This document shows positions 1 through 9,096 of a DNA stretch of 64,000 nucleotides, in pieces. Under the pieces are notes generated by a model, which was not told the DNA's origin, searched no databases, and was given only the letters and a program-made list of their open reading frames with translations. Source of the DNA: an uncultured delta proteobacterium (GTDB taxonomy: Bacteria; Myxococcota_A; Polyangia; Polyangiales; Ga0077539); NCBI GenBank assembly GCA_903845045.1, contig CAIMWA010000029.1, positions 32 to 64,031 of the forward strand. Direction: 5' to 3'. Positions within the stretch are counted from its first letter, which is position 1. Each line of letters starts with the position of its first letter. A program made the translations under genes and the position numbers.

Positions 1-1
1 G

Positions 2-259
2 CTCCTCAAGAGCGTGTTCCCGGTGAACCACTGGCTGCACCCGTACATGGGCGTCGGCGCGACGCTGGTGCCCGCCATCGGCCACGACGCGACGCACATC
101 GGCGCCGGCGCGGTGGTGAGCGCGGGCACGTACTTCTGGTTCACGCACCGCGTGGGCGCGCTCGCCGAGCTGAACTACAACCTCGTGCGCATCGACAACA
201 CCACGGTGCACGAGGCCTTCGTCGCCGTCGGCGTGGTCTTCGGCTTCCTCGAGCGCTAA
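2..259 (+). CDS. C-terminal fragment of a hypothetical protein, possibly an outer-membrane beta-barrel (5' end lies outside the window)
   Basis: The frame is open from the window edge to TAA at 257-259. Codons mostly end in G/C. Alternating hydrophobic/polar stretches (GAGAVVSAGTYFWF, AELNYNLV, AFVAVGVVFGF) suggest beta-strands. No family motif recognised. Confidence 0.5.
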   Translation, partial: LLKSVFPVNHWLHPYMGVGATLVPAIGHDATHIGAGAVVSAGTYFWFTHRVGALAELNYNLVRIDNTTVHEAFVAVGVVFGFLER

Positions 260-297
260 TCGGACAGATAAATTGCTAATCGGACCGGTAAACCGGC

Positions 298-313
298 GTT
301 CAGCCGGCTGAAC
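298..313. terminator. Perfect 16-bp palindrome GTTCAGCCGGCTGAAC between convergent genes; candidate bidirectional terminator hairpin
   Basis: Read directly: gttcagcc/ggctgaac are exact reverse complements. It lies in the 59-bp gap between the stop at 257-259 (+) and the stop at 319-321 (-). There is no U-tract. Confidence 0.35.
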
Positions 314-318
314 GTCGG

Positions 319-3120
319 TCAGCGCTCGCAGACGAACACCTGCGACCCGATGAAGCCCGCCGAGCTGTCGACCTCGAGGCGCAGCGCGTTGGCGCCGTAG
401 CCCGCGGGGCACGAGCATCCGCCGGTGACGGGGTTCGCCGCGCGGCAGGCGACGCCGCCGGGCACCGCGTCGTCCTGCTGGTACGCCCCGCCGAAGGCAG
501 GACGCGCCCCGCTGGACCGCACGCAGATCGCCGGGTTCGACCCGATGATCCCGCGCGACGAGTCGGCCAGCGCGCGGAACCCGATGGCCGTGTAGCCCCC
601 GGGGCACGAGCACCCGCCGGTGTACGGGTTCGCCGCGCGGCAGCCCAGGCCGCCGGGCACGCCGTCGTCCTGCTGGTACGCCCCGCCGTACTCGCCCGCC
701 GCGGAGGCGCCGCAGAACGTCACGTTGGCGCCGGCCTGCGTGCCGCGCCCGCGGCAGTCGTTGATGACGCGCCAGCCCACCACGGTGCCGAAGCCCGACG
801 GGCACCCGCAGCTCCCGCTGTTCTCGGCGTTGCCGTTGTTGCACGACGCGCAGCCCGGGTCGCTCGTCTCGTAGCCGCCGCCGAAGGACTGGCACGACCC
901 CTCGCGGCACACCCCCGACGGGCACCGCGTGCCGCAGCCGCCGCAGTTGTTCGCGTCGTTGGTGGTGTTCACCTCGCAGCCGTCGCCGGCGCCGCCGTTG
1001 CAGTCGGCGTAGCCCGCGGCGCACGTCACGACGGTGCACGCCGAGCCGCCGCAGCCCGCCACGGCGGTGTTCGGCAGCGAGCACGCGCGCCCGCACGCAG
1101 CGCAGTTGCGCGCGTCGTTGGTGGTGTTGACCTCGCAGCCGTTGGACGCGACGCCGTCGCAATTCGCGAAGCCCGCGTTGCAGCCCGCGACGGTGCACGC
1201 GCCGCCGGTGCAGCCCGGCGTGCCGTTCGCCGCGGAGCACGCGTTGCCGCACGTTCCGCACGACCCGACGGTCACGAGCACGTTCGTCTCGCAGCCGTTC
1301 GCCGCGACGCCGTCACAGTCGGCGAAGCCCGTGTTGCAGGCCGCGACGGCGCAGCGACCCGCGCTGCACGCCGCCGTGGCGTTGCCGAGGGCGCAGCGGC
1401 TGCCGCAGGCCCCGCACGACGCCGCCGTGGTGTTCAGGTTCGTCTCGCAGCCGTTCGACGGATCGCCGTCGCAGTCGCCGAAGCCCGCGTTGCACGACGC
1501 CACGGTGCACCGCCCCGCCGCGCACCCCGTGGTGGCGTTCGGGAGCACGCACGCCGTGCCGCAGGCGCCGCAGTTCGTCGGGCTCGTCGTGAGGTCCGTC
1601 TCGCAGCCGTTCGATGACATCCGGTCGCAGTCGCCGCGGCCCGCGCTGCACGACGAGAGCCCGCACACCCCCGCCACGCACGCGGGAACGCCGCCCGCGG
1701 CGGTGCACGCGGTGGCGCACGCCCCGCAGTGGCCCACGTCGGTCTGGAGGTTCACCTCGCAGCCGTCGGCGGGGTCGCCGTTGCAGTCGGCGAAGCCAGT
1801 GTTGCACGCAGTGACGGCGCAGCGACCGGCCATGCACGCCCCGCTGCCGTTCGCGGGAGCGCACGCCCGCCCGCACGTCCCGCAGTTCGCGGCGTCGGTG
1901 CGCAGGTCCGACTCGCAGCCGTTGGCGGCGTTGCCGTCGCAGTCCTGAAAGCCCGTCACGCAGGACCACACGCACGCGCCGGCGAGGCAGCCCGGGAACG
2001 CGTTGTCGCGGTCCGGGCACGCGCGCCCGCAGCCGCCGCAGCTCGCCGTGCTGCGCCGCACGTCGGTCTCGCAGCCGTTGCTCGCGTTGCCGTCGCAGTC
2101 GCCGAAGCCCGTGACGCACGTGGCCACGGCGCACACGCCCGCGGTGCACGCGGGGGCGGCGTTGGGCGGGTTGCACGCGCTCGTGCAGCTTCCGCAGTGC
2201 GCGATGTCGCCCTGCGTGTCGACCTCGCAGCCGTTCGCGGGGTTGCCGTCGCAGTCGGCGAAGCCCGCCACGCAGGCGAAGCCGCAGGTGCCGCCGACGC
2301 ACGTGGACGTGGCGTGGGCCGGCACCGTGCACGCCATGCCGCAGCCGCCGCAGTGCGCGGTCGACGTGAGGGTGTTGGTCTCGCAGCCGTTGCCGTTGTC
2401 GCCGTCGCAGTTGCCGAAGGGCGCCGCGCACATGCCCACGGTGCAGATGCCGTTGAGGCACACCGGGCTGCCGTTGGGTACGGCGCAGCGCGCGTCGCAG
2501 GCGCTGCAGTGCGCGGTGTTCGAGAGCGTGTCGACGCACGCGCCGGAGCAGCACGTCTGGCCCGTGGGGCAGCGGCTGTCGGCGGTGCAGCCGGCCACGC
2601 AGAGGTTGCCCACGCAGAGCGTCCCCGCGGGGCAGTCGGCGCTGGCCAGGCAGTCGACGCACGTGCGCGACGAGCGGTCGCAGCGCCGCGAAGGACCGGT
2701 CCCGCCGTCGGCCGTCGAGGCGCCGGCGCAGGCGCGGTCGTCGCGGCACCCGGGCACGCACGAGTGGCTCGCGTCGTCGCAGTACCGTCCGTCGGGGCAC
2801 ACGTCGTCGGTGGCGGTGCAGGGCACGCAGCGCCCCGTCGCGACGTCGCACGCGGGACCCGCGGCGTTGCCCACGCAGTCGCCGTCGGAGACGCAGCGAA
2901 AGGCCGCCTCGACGTCGGCGCCGCGGTCCGTCGCAACGTCCATGGACGGCGCATCGAAGGCGTCGACGGGCACGTCGAGCACGGCCGGCACGTCGAAGCC
3001 CGCGTCGGCGCCGAGGTCGTTCACCGCCGGCACGTCGTCGCCGCCGCCGACCACGGAGAGGCCGGAACAGCCGAAGATCCCGCCGAAGAGCACCACTGCG
3101 AGGAGCCTGGAGACGCGCAT
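319..3120 (-). CDS. Secreted cysteine-rich repeat lipoprotein (933 aa) with about 11 CGxCG modules and a triplicated C-terminal module
   Basis: I trimmed the track ORF 319..3309 to the ATG at 3120 (MRVSRLLAVVLFGGIFGCSG), which gives a signal peptide plus lipobox. About 45-aa modules repeat: NCGxCGxxC...C..G.C....C..GF.DCDG...NGCE.N. The tail has three roughly 57-65-aa units (GGAYQQDD.VPGG..CRAANP.TGGCSCP.GY). Confidence 0.85.
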   Translation of the reverse strand: MRVSRLLAVVLFGGIFGCSGLSVVGGGDDVPAVNDLGADAGFDVPAVLDVPVDAFDAPSMDVATDRGADVEAAFRCVSDGDCVGNAAGPACDVATGRCVPCTATDDVCPDGRYCDDASHSCVPGCRDDRACAGASTADGGTGPSRRCDRSSRTCVDCLASADCPAGTLCVGNLCVAGCTADSRCPTGQTCCSGACVDTLSNTAHCSACDARCAVPNGSPVCLNGICTVGMCAAPFGNCDGDNGNGCETNTLTSTAHCGGCGMACTVPAHATSTCVGGTCGFACVAGFADCDGNPANGCEVDTQGDIAHCGSCTSACNPPNAAPACTAGVCAVATCVTGFGDCDGNASNGCETDVRRSTASCGGCGRACPDRDNAFPGCLAGACVWSCVTGFQDCDGNAANGCESDLRTDAANCGTCGRACAPANGSGACMAGRCAVTACNTGFADCNGDPADGCEVNLQTDVGHCGACATACTAAGGVPACVAGVCGLSSCSAGRGDCDRMSSNGCETDLTTSPTNCGACGTACVLPNATTGCAAGRCTVASCNAGFGDCDGDPSNGCETNLNTTAASCGACGSRCALGNATAACSAGRCAVAACNTGFADCDGVAANGCETNVLVTVGSCGTCGNACSAANGTPGCTGGACTVAGCNAGFANCDGVASNGCEVNTTNDARNCAACGRACSLPNTAVAGCGGSACTVVTCAAGYADCNGGAGDGCEVNTTNDANNCGGCGTRCPSGVCREGSCQSFGGGYETSDPGCASCNNGNAENSGSCGCPSGFGTVVGWRVINDCRGRGTQAGANVTFCGASAAGEYGGAYQQDDGVPGGLGCRAANPYTGGCSCPGGYTAIGFRALADSSRGIIGSNPAICVRSSGARPAFGGAYQQDDAVPGGVACRAANPVTGGCSCPAGYGANALRLEVDSSAGFIGSQVFVCER

Positions 3121-3220
3121 GACGCTCACCGTACCAGAGCCCGGACGGCGCTCCGAGCGCGCGCAGGTGCGGGCCGACGCCCCCTTCCAACGGTGCGGCG
3201 GGTGCGGTAACGGGTGCCCC

Positions 3221-6200
3221 ATGAAGGCCCTCGCGGTTCGAAGCTTGCTCTGGATGAGCCTCGCGGCTCCGGTGCTCCTGTCGTGTGCCCAGGAACGGGC
3301 GCCCATCAACCAGGTGCAGCCCGACTACCTGGACAAGAACGACTTCATCCCCGCGCAGTACGCGCTGCTCGCGTCGGGGACGGCGCAGCCCGGGTCGCTC
3401 ACCGACGCCGTGATCGCGCGGGAGCCGGTCTACTACACGCAGACCACGATGATCGCGAAGCCGGCGAGCACGGGCTTCGTGGGCCTCACGTCGTACTCGA
3501 ACCTCGAGAAGATCCGCTGGGAGGTCACCGAGCACGCTCTCATCGCGCGGCAGTCCTACGACTTCGTGCAGAACGCGCCGCTGGGCTCCGCGGGCATCGG
3601 CATCACCCCGCGCAGCGGCGAGATCGTGGCGGCGTTCGAGATCACGTCGCACTTCGACATCCGGCGCCAGTACAACTCCACCACCGGCGAGGAGATCAAC
3701 GTGGTCTCCGAGAACACCACGGACCGCCCCTGGTACCAGCGGCAGTTCATGCACGTCGACTGGTCCAAGAACCTCGTCGACGGCTACAACTCGGTGCTCT
3801 CCGACGAGAACTGGGACGGCCGCATCTCCGCCGAGCCCGTGCCGGTGTTCGTGAACACGCCCGATGATCCGAACGCGCCGGTGTTCGACCACGGAACCGT
3901 GAACGGACAGAACGTGCTGCGGTACTTCGACGTGGTCACCCGCGCGATCCTGCACCCCGAGAGCGTCGACCTCGGACCGGGGCTCAGCAACGTGCCGGTG
4001 TGCTTCCTCGGCGAGGGCGAGACGGCGTGCAACCCGGCCGAGGTGACGTTCCGCTTGTCCTTCCGCCGCGCCGACGGGCGCGACTACGAGCCCGCGAGCC
4101 TGAGCCCCGCGCTGCCCGGCGTGGCGACGCCGGTGCCCTCCCTCGACATGGAGCGCTTCGGCTTCTTCGACGCCGTGCGCATGGGCTTCGACACGCAGCG
4201 CCACTCGGTGCTCGACACCCAGCGCGTGCACTGGGCCGCGCGGCACAACCTCTGGGTGCACCACCACGTGCCCGCGTACGGCGCCGCCACGGGGCGCGAC
4301 TGCAACGCCGACGCCGACTGCGGCGACGGAAACCTCTGCCAGATCGGCGCGACGGCGCGCTCCTCCACGGCCCGCGGAACCTGCGTGGCCTGGGGCGCGT
4401 CGCACCTGACCGGCGCCACCGAGCCGCGCTGCACGCAGGACTCGGACTGCGCGGCGGTCTCGTCCACGGCCGTGTGCGACACGCGCGCGGGGACGTGCGG
4501 CGACCACTACGTGCGCTGCGCCGCCGACGACGAGTGCCGCGCGCTCTCGCCGCTCTCGACCTGCGACCTCGCCATCGCGCACAACCGCGCCGACAACCGC
4601 GGCCTCTGCCTGCTGCCGTTCTCGCAGCGCCAGGTGCGTCCCATCGCGTACTGGGAGAGCCCGAACTACCCCGCGCGCGTGCAGCCCGTCACCGAGAGCA
4701 TCGTGACCGAGTGGAACACCGCCTTCGCCGAGGCCGTGCAGGCCGCGCGGCGCCACGAGTGCCACATCGCGCGCAACCTCGACGCGTCGGCGATGACCCC
4801 GACGGCGGACCCCTGCAACGCGCCCGAGGTGCTCGGCACCGACGCCCCGCACGGCGCCGACGCGGTGCACGTCTACGTGGGCTGCCACGCCCCGGTGTGG
4901 GGCTCGGACCCGACGAAGCCCGGCTTCCACCCGGCCGGCGACGTGGCGGCCACGCAGCGCGCGGGCTGGGACCTCCCGGCGTGCGGACCGCAGGGCACGC
5001 AGGCCCGCCTCGGCGACCTCCGCTACAACATGATCGGCGCCATCACCGACCAGGACGCGCAGGGCTACTGGGGCCTCGCGAACATCGCGTCGGACCCCGA
5101 GACCGGCGAGATCATCGCGGGCCGCGGCGCCGTCTGGCAGAACATCACCGACAACTACGGCGCGTGGGTCGTGGACCTCGTGAAGCTCCTCAACGGCGAC
5201 ACGACGGCCACGGCGCTGAGCGACGGCGCCAACGTCATCGCGTCGCTGCGCCAGGTCGGCGGCGGCGCGCAGAGCCCCAGCGCGCAGTCCCTCGACGCCC
5301 CGTTCCGCCGCGCCGGTGCGCTGCGCTCGCTGACCACGGCGACGACGCCCGCCTTCGAGCGCCTGCGCCTCGGCGACGCGGGCTGGTTCTCGCCCGGCGG
5401 CAGCGCCACGCTCATGGGCACCGCCGACGAGCCCGGCGTCATCGCCCGCGCGTCGCAGCGCATCCTCCAGGGACGGCTGCTGGGTGACGGGAGCAACCGC
5501 GCGGCGGCGCGTCGTGCGGCGCTCGTGGGCACCGACGTCGAGTCGTCGCTCATGGGCGGCGCGCAGGCGCTGCTCGCGCCGACGTCGCGGCAGGATCCGT
5601 CGGGGCTGCTCCCGGCGACGCTGAACGCCGCCTCGCCGCTGCGCGCCCAGGACCCCGCGCGGCGCCGCGTGATGCAGCGCATGCGCGACCAGCTCACGGC
5701 GTGGGAGTGCGGCCACGAGGCGGCCTTCGACGACGACATCCTCGCGGGCCTCGCGCAGCGCGTGGTGACCGGCGCGCCGATCTCTCCGGACGACCCCATC
5801 GACGCCCCGGTGGCCTTCGGCCGCACGTGGAACTTCCGCGACGGCAACGGCGCCGTCGACTACGAGCTGGTGCGGCAGTACGCGGTGCAGTTCGTCCACC
5901 ACGGCGTGCTCGCGCACGAGCTCGGGCACTCCGTCGGCCAGCGGCACAACTTCACCGCGAGCGCCGACGCCATCAACTACGACGACCACTACTGGGACGT
6001 GCGCGGCCGCGGCCACGCCGCCGGCCTCGCGCCGCGGTGGAGCTACCTCGCCGACCCCGCCGACGGGCACTACGAGAGCCCCGAGGAGGTCACCGGCCGC
6101 GTCGACGAGTTCGCCTACTCGTCGGTCATGGACTACAAGGGCCTCAACGAGGACGCTCACGGTCTGGGGCGCTACGACCGCGCCTTCGTGAAGAACGGCT

Positions 6201-7792
6201 ACGTCGGCCTCGTCGAGGCGTTCCGCCACGTCGCCGACCGCAGCGGCGCGCTCTACTACTCGGTGAACACCGCGGGCAACGGCCTCTCGACGCCGCTCGA
6301 CCTGCGCCAGTGGTCCACCGGCGGCGCGCCGCACGGCATGCACTACACGCAGATCCCGACGCTCTTCGGCGCCCGCGCCGACGGCACGCCGGACATCCGC
6401 AACGACAACCGCTACGACGTGTTCCTGCGCGAGACGCACAACGAGTCGCTCCCGGGCTGGGGCGACGCGTCGTTCACCAACGTGACCAACGACGGCCACG
6501 TGCTCGTGCCGTACCGCTTCGACTCCGACGAGCGCGCGGGCCTCATCTGGCAGGACCAGCGCTACGACGCCGGCGCCGACGCCTACGAGTCGCTCCACTA
6601 CGTCGCGTCGCACTGGATGGACTACTACTTCCAGAACAGCTACGCGCGCCTTCGCTCGGGCTTCTCCACCGAGGCGTACGTGAGCCGCATGTTCGGGCGC
6701 TACCTCGAGCAGCTCCGGCAGTGCGCGCAGACGCTCGCCTTCGACCTCATCGAGTTCCAGGATTTCCTCGCGACGTCGCCCGGCTGGACGGCGTACCGCG
6801 ACGACCCTGCGGAGGCCGGCGGCTTCGTGAACCAGGCCGCCATGAGCCTCGTCGCCGACGCCTTCACGTCGATGATCGCGATGCCCGAGATGGGCCTGCA
6901 CCAGGTCACCACGCGGCAGGACGGCCAGCGCGTGGCGGCCTACAACGTCGACGCGCGGTCGGGCTTTCCCGTCGCCATCAACGTCGGCCGCGCCTTCGAG
7001 ACCAACTGGCGCCAGGACGCCGGCTTCTGGTGGTACGAGGAGCTGAACCGCGCCGGCTCGTACTACGACAAGGTGCTCAGCATCGACTCGTTCACGGACC
7101 CCGAGCTGCTGCTCCTCGGCCGCGACACGCCGGTGGACCTGCGCCTCTTCCAGCTCTCGTTCTACACGATGTACCCCGCGCAGACGCTGCGCCTCTGGGG
7201 CGCGCTGCTCTCCGAGGACCTCGACGACTACGCGCCCATCGTGGAGGTCGGCGGCACCCACGGCATCACGCGCCCGCACCTCGCCACGCTCAACCTCCCG
7301 CGCGGCAACGGCGCGGGCCAGAGCGGACGCGTGCTCGACGCCGGCCACGTCGCGCTCGACCCGCAGGCGGCGTTCACCGTGCAGCTCCGCGCGGCGATCA
7401 TCGGCACGGCGAATTTCCCCGCCACCTTCGACCAGCGCTACATGGACTACGCGCGCCTCTGGATCGACGGCAGCACCGAGTCCATCGACACCGCGGACCC
7501 GGCGCACGACACCGTGAGCTTCGCCGACCCGTGGTCGCACACCACGTACCGCGCGCTGCATTTCTCCGCGCTCCCGGGCGCGACCGGCGCCGTGGCCGAC
7601 GAGGCCGGCGTCGCCGCGCGCATGATCCTCCGCCTGCGCGACCTCGACGCGCTCCGCACGCGCGCCATCGCGCAGCACCAGGACACCCTCGCCACGTCGC
7701 TCGAGACGCAGCTCCGCGCGTACATCGACGTCATCCACGTCATGCGCCGACTGACCTCGATCTACGGCACCGGGACCGCGGTGACCCACTGA
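3221..7792 (+). CDS. Large secreted zinc-dependent metalloprotease lipoprotein (1523 aa)
   Basis: I trimmed the track ORF 2003..7792 to the ATG at 3221 (MKALAVRSLLWMSLAAPVLLSCAQ), which gives a lipoprotein signal. The upstream part of that ORF is antisense to the previous gene. The HELGHSVGQRHNF zincin motif resembles, from memory, the HExGHxxGxxHNF signature of the DUF4953-type zinc-dependent metalloprotease family. Confidence 0.85.
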   Translation: MKALAVRSLLWMSLAAPVLLSCAQERAPINQVQPDYLDKNDFIPAQYALLASGTAQPGSLTDAVIAREPVYYTQTTMIAKPASTGFVGLTSYSNLEKIRWEVTEHALIARQSYDFVQNAPLGSAGIGITPRSGEIVAAFEITSHFDIRRQYNSTTGEEINVVSENTTDRPWYQRQFMHVDWSKNLVDGYNSVLSDENWDGRISAEPVPVFVNTPDDPNAPVFDHGTVNGQNVLRYFDVVTRAILHPESVDLGPGLSNVPVCFLGEGETACNPAEVTFRLSFRRADGRDYEPASLSPALPGVATPVPSLDMERFGFFDAVRMGFDTQRHSVLDTQRVHWAARHNLWVHHHVPAYGAATGRDCNADADCGDGNLCQIGATARSSTARGTCVAWGASHLTGATEPRCTQDSDCAAVSSTAVCDTRAGTCGDHYVRCAADDECRALSPLSTCDLAIAHNRADNRGLCLLPFSQRQVRPIAYWESPNYPARVQPVTESIVTEWNTAFAEAVQAARRHECHIARNLDASAMTPTADPCNAPEVLGTDAPHGADAVHVYVGCHAPVWGSDPTKPGFHPAGDVAATQRAGWDLPACGPQGTQARLGDLRYNMIGAITDQDAQGYWGLANIASDPETGEIIAGRGAVWQNITDNYGAWVVDLVKLLNGDTTATALSDGANVIASLRQVGGGAQSPSAQSLDAPFRRAGALRSLTTATTPAFERLRLGDAGWFSPGGSATLMGTADEPGVIARASQRILQGRLLGDGSNRAAARRAALVGTDVESSLMGGAQALLAPTSRQDPSGLLPATLNAASPLRAQDPARRRVMQRMRDQLTAWECGHEAAFDDDILAGLAQRVVTGAPISPDDPIDAPVAFGRTWNFRDGNGAVDYELVRQYAVQFVHHGVLAHELGHSVGQRHNFTASADAINYDDHYWDVRGRGHAAGLAPRWSYLADPADGHYESPEEVTGRVDEFAYSSVMDYKGLNEDAHGLGRYDRAFVKNGYVGLVEAFRHVADRSGALYYSVNTAGNGLSTPLDLRQWSTGGAPHGMHYTQIPTLFGARADGTPDIRNDNRYDVFLRETHNESLPGWGDASFTNVTNDGHVLVPYRFDSDERAGLIWQDQRYDAGADAYESLHYVASHWMDYYFQNSYARLRSGFSTEAYVSRMFGRYLEQLRQCAQTLAFDLIEFQDFLATSPGWTAYRDDPAEAGGFVNQAAMSLVADAFTSMIAMPEMGLHQVTTRQDGQRVAAYNVDARSGFPVAINVGRAFETNWRQDAGFWWYEELNRAGSYYDKVLSIDSFTDPELLLLGRDTPVDLRLFQLSFYTMYPAQTLRLWGALLSEDLDDYAPIVEVGGTHGITRPHLATLNLPRGNGAGQSGRVLDAGHVALDPQAAFTVQLRAAIIGTANFPATFDQRYMDYARLWIDGSTESIDTADPAHDTVSFADPWSHTTYRALHFSALPGATGAVADEAGVAARMILRLRDLDALRTRAIAQHQDTLATSLETQLRAYIDVIHVMRRLTSIYGTGTAVTH

Positions 7793-7979
7793 AAAGTGGG
7801 GCATTTTGGGACTTGAGGCGGCTTCCCGCCGCGTGTAGCCATCATCCCTGCGAGGCACTCCGGCCGCGGATTTCCGCGGACCGCGATCGCTGGTTCGTGA
7901 CGTGCACGGTGCGGGGCCCGTGAGGCCCGAGGACGCGCCGTGATGGTGCCCTCCGCCCCGTATCCCAGGAGACCACCCC

Positions 7980-9092
7980 ATGCCGATGAATCTCCGCTGC
8001 GTGGCGCTCGCCATCGCGGCTCTCTGGTCCGCTGGATGTCATCCCCACGAGGCTGCGGAGCACTCGACCCATGAGCGGCGTCCCGGCCGCACCGTGGTGC
8101 TCACGGGTCCCAGCACGAATTACGTGACGGTGGAGCCCGCCGCGCCGGCGTCGCACTCGAGCGCACGCACGCTCGTCGCGCGCGTCGCCTTCAACGATCG
8201 CCAGGTCGCGACGCTCGGTCCGCCGGTGCAGGGGCGCGTGGCGAACGTGAACGTCGTCGTCGGCGACCACGTCGACCGCGGCGCCGTGCTGCTCACCATC
8301 CACGCGCCGGACATCGCCGCGGCGCGCGCACAGGCGGCGCAATCCCACACCGCGCGGGCCCTCGCCGAGCAGAACGCGGCGCGCGCGGCGAGCCTCGTGG
8401 AGACCGGCGCGGGCAGCCAGTCCGATCGTCTCGCGACGCAGGCGGCGCTGCTCCAGGCGCGGTCCGAGGAGGCGCGTGCGACGGCGGCGCTGGCGGCCCT
8501 CGGCGGCGGCCGCGGCACCGGCGACTACCAGCTCGTGGCGCCGATGTCGGGCATCGTCGTCGAGCGCAACGTCTCCCTCGGCACCGAGGTGCACGTCGAC
8601 CAGGACCAGCCGGTCATCACCATCGCCGACCTCTCGACGGTGTGGGTCATCGCCGACGTCTACGAGCAGGACCTCTCCCGCGTGCACGTCGGCGACGAGG
8701 CGGTGGTCGACGTGGTGGCCTTCCCGGGGCGGCAGTTCCAGGGGCGCATCACCTACGTGGGCAACACCGTCGACGCGCAGACCCGCGTGTCGCGCGCCCG
8801 CATCGAGCTGCCCAACACCGACTTCGCGCTGCGGCCCGGGATGTTCGCCAACGTGCAGGCCCGCGGCATCGCCGAGGGCGCCGTCGAGGTGCCGCTCAGC
8901 GCCGTGCTCGCGCGCCGCGACCAGTACTTCGTCTTCGTGCGAAACGCCGACGGGAGCTACACGCAGCGCGAGGTGCGCCCCGGCGAGCAGCGCGGACAGC
9001 ACATCGCGATCCTCTCGGGGCTCCACGTGGGCGACCCGGTGGTGACCGAGGGGGCGATCCTCCTCGACGCCGAAGCCAACGAGGCGCTGTAA
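7980..9092 (+). CDS. Efflux RND periplasmic adaptor subunit (HlyD/CzcB/CusB-like) lipoprotein
   Basis: AGGAGA lies 8 nt upstream of the ATG. The lipobox is LWSAGC. The protein has a coiled-coil Ala/Gln-rich hairpin segment and then beta-barrel-like motifs (YQLVAPMSGIVVERNV, VWVIADVYEQD, GMFANV). Its stop is 4 nt before the RND pump gene. Confidence 0.85.
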   Translation: MPMNLRCVALAIAALWSAGCHPHEAAEHSTHERRPGRTVVLTGPSTNYVTVEPAAPASHSSARTLVARVAFNDRQVATLGPPVQGRVANVNVVVGDHVDRGAVLLTIHAPDIAAARAQAAQSHTARALAEQNAARAASLVETGAGSQSDRLATQAALLQARSEEARATAALAALGGGRGTGDYQLVAPMSGIVVERNVSLGTEVHVDQDQPVITIADLSTVWVIADVYEQDLSRVHVGDEAVVDVVAFPGRQFQGRITYVGNTVDAQTRVSRARIELPNTDFALRPGMFANVQARGIAEGAVEVPLSAVLARRDQYFVFVRNADGSYTQREVRPGEQRGQHIAILSGLHVGDPVVTEGAILLDAEANEAL

Positions 9093-9096
9093 CCCG

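Noticed and set aside
1313-8014. 2233-aa minus-strand ORF. Other ORFs fall over the same region: 1034..1948 +, 1729..3210 +, 1956..2954 -, 4000..5487 +, 5701..7923 +.
   Set aside because: The composition is Arg/Ala/Gly/Val-dominated and low-complexity, as expected for antisense or off-frame reading of about 70% GC DNA. These ORFs overlap two well-supported genes: the Cys-rich lipoprotein and the HELGH metalloprotease. The repetitive PQ/HA pattern in 1034..1948 is simply the antisense image of the CGxCG codons.
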